DNA of 39,502 bases from Chrysochromulina tobinii. Taxonomy: Eukaryota. Below the pieces are notes generated by a model. That model did not search any database, was not told the origin of the DNA, and saw nothing but the letters and a program-made list of their open reading frames with translations. The stretch is from contig JWZX01003165.1 of assembly GCA_001275005.1 (NCBI GenBank), positions 1 through 39,502 of the forward strand, given 5' to 3'. Of the stretch, positions 36,301 to 39,502 are shown piece after piece; the first letter of the stretch is position 1; every line of letters begins with the position of its first letter. A program made the position numbers and the translations under genes.

Positions 36301-37473
36301 CTGAGCGATCTCGAGCAAGCTCGCTGCATCTCGATCGAGGAGGGCATGGAGGTGACGCCGCTCAACCTGGGCATGATCGCGAGCTACTATTACATCAACT
36401 ACACGACTGTCGAGCTCTTCGCTTCGTCGCTGACGGCGACCACCAAGCTGCGAGGTCTGCTCGAGATTGTGGCAAGCGCCTCCGAGTTTGAGCTGCTGCC
36501 TGTCCGATTGCGCGAGGACGACACGCTCGCGGCCCTCGCCGCGCACTGCCCGCACAAGCTCGAGAGCCCGCGCTTCTCGGACCCACACACCAAGGTGAAC
36601 GTGCTGCTCCAGTGCCATTTTGGGCGTCGCGATCTGCCGCCGGAGCTCACGGCTGACCTGCACGGCACGCTCGAGAAGGTGACGAAACTGCTCCAGGCGA
36701 TCGTGGACGTGCTTTCGTCCTCGGGGTGGCTCGCGCCCGCCCTTGCCGCCATGGAGCTCTGCCAGATGTGCGTCCAAGCGCTCTGGGATCGCGACCCCGT
36801 CCTCTTGCAGCTGCCGCACGTGACGCGCGAGATCGCGATGCGGGCCAAGGCGGCGGGCATCGAGACGGTCTTCGACCTGATGGAGATGGACGATGATGAG
36901 CGCGTCGAGCTGCTGGCCATGCCGCCCGCGCACCTCGCCGACGTGGCGCGCGTGTGCAACCGGTACCCGTCTGTCGAGCTCGCCTTCGAGGTCGAGGACA
37001 CTGAGGACGTCTCCGCAGGCGACACAGTCACCGTGCTCATCTCTCTCGAGCGCGAGGCTGAGGAGCAGCAGGGCGTGCCTGCAGTGCATGCGCCGCACTA
37101 CCCTAAGGCGCGCTGATTGCCTGTGATTGCACTGGGTTTGCCTGTGATTGCCTGTGATCACCTGTGATTGCCTGTGATTGCACACGTGATGACCTCTGAT
37201 GGCCTCCATCATCAGGTCAAGGAGGAGGGCTGGTGGCTCGTCGTGGGCAACACAAAGGCCAACACGCTGCTGTGCATCAAGCGGATCTCGCTGCAGCTCA
37301 AGGCCAAGGTGAAGCTCGAGTTCGTGGCGCCCGAGGCGGGCGAGTATGTGTATACGCTCTACCTGATGAGCGACTCATACCTGGGCTGCGACCAGGAGTA
37401 CGAGCTGCCTCTCCAGGTGGCCGAGGCCAAGGATGCGGACGACGACGAGGACGAGGATGACGAGGACGCCTGA
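30353..37473 (+). CDS. BRR2: U5 snRNP 200-kDa helicase Brr2; exons 30353-31261, 31395-32650, 32756-33053, 33206-33693, 33831-37107, 37216-37473 (~2161 aa)
   Basis: [13 protein letters not shown]-terminus; [23 protein letters not shown] cassette; [16 protein letters not shown]; second [12 protein letters not shown] cassette; Sec63 domains; [16 protein letters not shown]. The exon lengths sum to 6486 nt, in frame. Confidence 0.97.
31262..31394 (+). other. Brr2 intron 1 (133 nt) with (GATGGCCTCGTT)n repeats
   Basis: CTG|GTACGT ... CCTCAG|GTGGTG; gives ENRLVVLLDY. Confidence 0.9.
32651..32755 (+). other. Brr2 intron 2 (105 nt)
   Basis: ATTGT|GTACGT ... TTCAG|GTACGAA; gives MNEIVYEK. Confidence 0.9.
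33054..33205 (+). other. Brr2 intron 3 (152 nt) with five 21-nt repeats
   Basis: CAG|GTGCTC ... CTCATCAG|GTGCTC; gives [13 protein letters not shown]. Confidence 0.9.
33694..33830 (+). other. Brr2 intron 4 (137 nt) with (TTGATGACCC)n repeats
   Basis: GACAA|GTGCGG ... CTCATCAG|GTGCGG; gives [11 protein letters not shown]. Confidence 0.88.
37108..37215 (+). other. Brr2 intron 5 (108 nt), GC-AG type, with (CTGTGATTGC)n repeats
   Basis: AAG|GCGCGC ... ATCATCAG|GTCAAG; gives YPKVKEEGWW. Confidence 0.8.
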
Positions 37474-37821
37474 TGAGTGAGTAAGAGAGTGCGCGAGATG
37501 ACGATCTACCCTTGGCACCACAATCCGCACTCTCCGTGGTGGTGAGACCGTTGGTCAGACGCGCAAAGCCGAATAATTAAGGCATTTCATCATGGTTGCG
37601 CCTGTCATTGAACATGTCTCTCATTGACACGCACACGCACGTGTCGCCGGCAGCCGCCCGGCGCGGCAGTATAGTTGCGATGTGTACGGATGAGGTGAGC
37701 GGGCACGTATTCATACCGGTATGAATAGGTCGCTGCGTATGGCGTATGTTGCATCCGCTCACTTGTACTTCACGGCTGATTCACGCGGTCCGCACGAACT
37801 CGGGCCCGTGCCCCCGAATAT

Positions 37822-39222
37822 CTACAACTTGAGATTGGGAAACGTTTGATAGCGCTGGTGATGCTCTTCGCAAGTTTTGCGCGCCGCAATTGAGCCGGTG
37901 GCGGTGCAGGAGGTGAGCAACTCGTATAGGTTGACCGTGACACGCTCGGCTGAGTACCTTCGCACTAGACGTTGCGCGTAACGTTGCATCTGCGCGCGCC
38001 GTGTGGAGTTTGCTCGTAGGTGCTCGATGGCGTCCACGTAGCGATCGATCATCGTGTCGTCGTACAGCTGCGGGACGTGCAGTGGCTTATATGCTGACTG
38101 CGCTTTTGCCGGGATGCCACCTGGCGGGGTCACCCACATGACAGCCTCGCCAAACACCGAGGGCAGCGCGGCAATCGGTGGGGCGAGCACAAGCACGCCT
38201 GCAACCAACGCCTCCGCAACCGCGTTCGCAAAGGTGTCGTAGTGCACAATTCCGCGGACACTCGCAAGGCCATACACAAAGAAGGAGGAGCCGAGTAGCT
38301 CTCGCAGCAATGCCTCCTTGCTAAAGTGCGTCACCAACACGTCAAGCCCTTGACCAGCTGCAGAACGGATTCCGTCCCTCTCCGCAATTGAACCACGGTT
38401 GTCTTTGGCATATTGAGCCCACGTCGCGCGCGCCACAATGCTCTCTCTCTCTCTCTCTCTCTCTGTCGAGGTATGCATACGGGACGCGTTGACCATGCCA
38501 CCATATCTGTCACGCACCCGCGCATAGACTCGAGCAGCAACCGCACCACCTCGCTCATAGCACGCGGGGAAGACAAAGCCGAGGGGATTGCGGGGGATGT
38601 GCGAGGACGAGCTTATGCGATCCACGGCCTCGGTGTCGACCGGATTGCGCCACTGCAGGTGCCTTACCCACTGCGAAAGCTGCATCCATGTCGGTGCGTA
38701 CCGTGGGAAGAGAGACTGGCCCCACGGGCTAAGATGGGCAAAGACGAGTTCATAGGACGGGTGTACGGCACGCTGGGCTTCACTGTACGTCTTCAGCCTC
38801 TTCGCATCGTTTAGATCGACGTCTTGCATCTCCATCAAGATGCAGAGCCGCTGGGTGACGACTTCGGTAAAAAACCGTGCGACTGAAAGGGCAGTGGACA
38901 CGATCGTCACATTGAATGTTAAGGCCTTCAACCGGGTTTGCGCCTCATCCAGTGGCACATAGTGAACACCATTTGCAGCAGCCATGGAGCTCGGCTTCGT
39001 GACCTGACCCACAAGATACGTTTCCCAGCCCGATGCTGCAAAACGCTCTGCCATTGCAAGCAGTGCTGTATGTGTACCGGAAATGCCGACACCACTTTTA
39101 GGATTTGCTATGATCTCTGAATTCCAAGTGACCAAAATATCTGGTATGCTTGGAGTCTCAACAAGGACGCGATTCCTTGGGCGAACCCCTAGCATGGCGA
39201 GCGCTAGCGTTGCCACCAGCAT
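37822..39222 (-). CDS. GT-B fold glycosyltransferase (family 4-like) with a signal/anchor peptide
   Basis: MLVATLALAMLG start; GISGTHTALLAMAERFAASGWE; YERG; DTFANAVAEALVAGVLVL (resembles the E-x7-E motif). Confidence 0.7.
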   Translation of the reverse strand: MLVATLALAMLGVRPRNRVLVETPSIPDILVTWNSEIIANPKSGVGISGTHTALLAMAERFAASGWETYLVGQVTKPSSMAAANGVHYVPLDEAQTRLKALTFNVTIVSTALSVARFFTEVVTQRLCILMEMQDVDLNDAKRLKTYSEAQRAVHPSYELVFAHLSPWGQSLFPRYAPTWMQLSQWVRHLQWRNPVDTEAVDRISSSSHIPRNPLGFVFPACYERGGAVAARVYARVRDRYGGMVNASRMHTSTERERERESIVARATWAQYAKDNRGSIAERDGIRSAAGQGLDVLVTHFSKEALLRELLGSSFFVYGLASVRGIVHYDTFANAVAEALVAGVLVLAPPIAALPSVFGEAVMWVTPPGGIPAKAQSAYKPLHVPQLYDDTMIDRYVDAIEHLRANSTRRAQMQRYAQRLVRRYSAERVTVNLYELLTSCTATGSIAARKTCEEHHQRYQTFPNLKL

Positions 39223-39362
39223 GCCCTCGAGCTCCTGAACACGGATGCGAGGATGGGCGCCACTTGGCACGTGCGCGGAAAAACTCCAGTGTATCGGATA
39301 CAGGGCAGAACAACAGCACGAAAAAACCAACGGAAAAAGACAATTATTAGTCTTTTATGGGG

Positions 39363-39409
39363 GCAGTGGGAATAAAGTTACTGTTAACAGTTCACTTTAT
39401 TCCCACTGC
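39363..39409. repeat. Inverted repeat/palindrome
   Basis: GCAGTGGGAATAAAGT (39363-39378) pairs with ACTTTATTCCCACTGC (39394-39409) around a self-complementary core, ACTGTTAACAGT. Confidence 0.9.
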
Positions 39410-39502
39410 ACCCCAGGGTGACGGGGGGTTTCCTATACAAATTGGGGGGGGTTTCCTATACAATACGTATCCTGATGTATCCTGCATGTATCCTGCATGT
39501 AT

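Overview
GC-rich eukaryotic nuclear DNA from a flagellated protist (haptophyte/Chrysochromulina-like is an inference from gene content and intron style). Ten protein genes are supported: a secreted ShKT/low-complexity protein, an MRH-domain membrane protein, an STI1-TPR-Aha1N co-chaperone, a membrane papain-family protease, a methyltransferase-16/prolyl-4-hydroxylase fusion, an axonemal dynein heavy chain, DNase II with a Cys-rich tail, a DUF3431/NDP-sugar transferase, spliceosomal helicase Brr2 and a GT4-like glycosyltransferase. The main signal is in the 11 introns inferred by hand. Six begin with a 5-27 nt copy of the start of the downstream exon, so the duplicated exon sequence supplies the GT donor. 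Ten of the 11 downstream exons start with GT. Many introns are filled with short TGAT-containing tandem repeats and share a ...GCC(T/C)CN(C/A)TCATCAG 3' end. One element, (TTGATGACCC)n-TTGATTACGTCCGAG, occurs at two loci about 27 kb apart, each time flanked by a direct duplication. This looks like an ongoing, duplication-coupled intron-gain system. Four 1-nt frameshifts are most likely assembly errors. All exon structures are inferred without transcript data.
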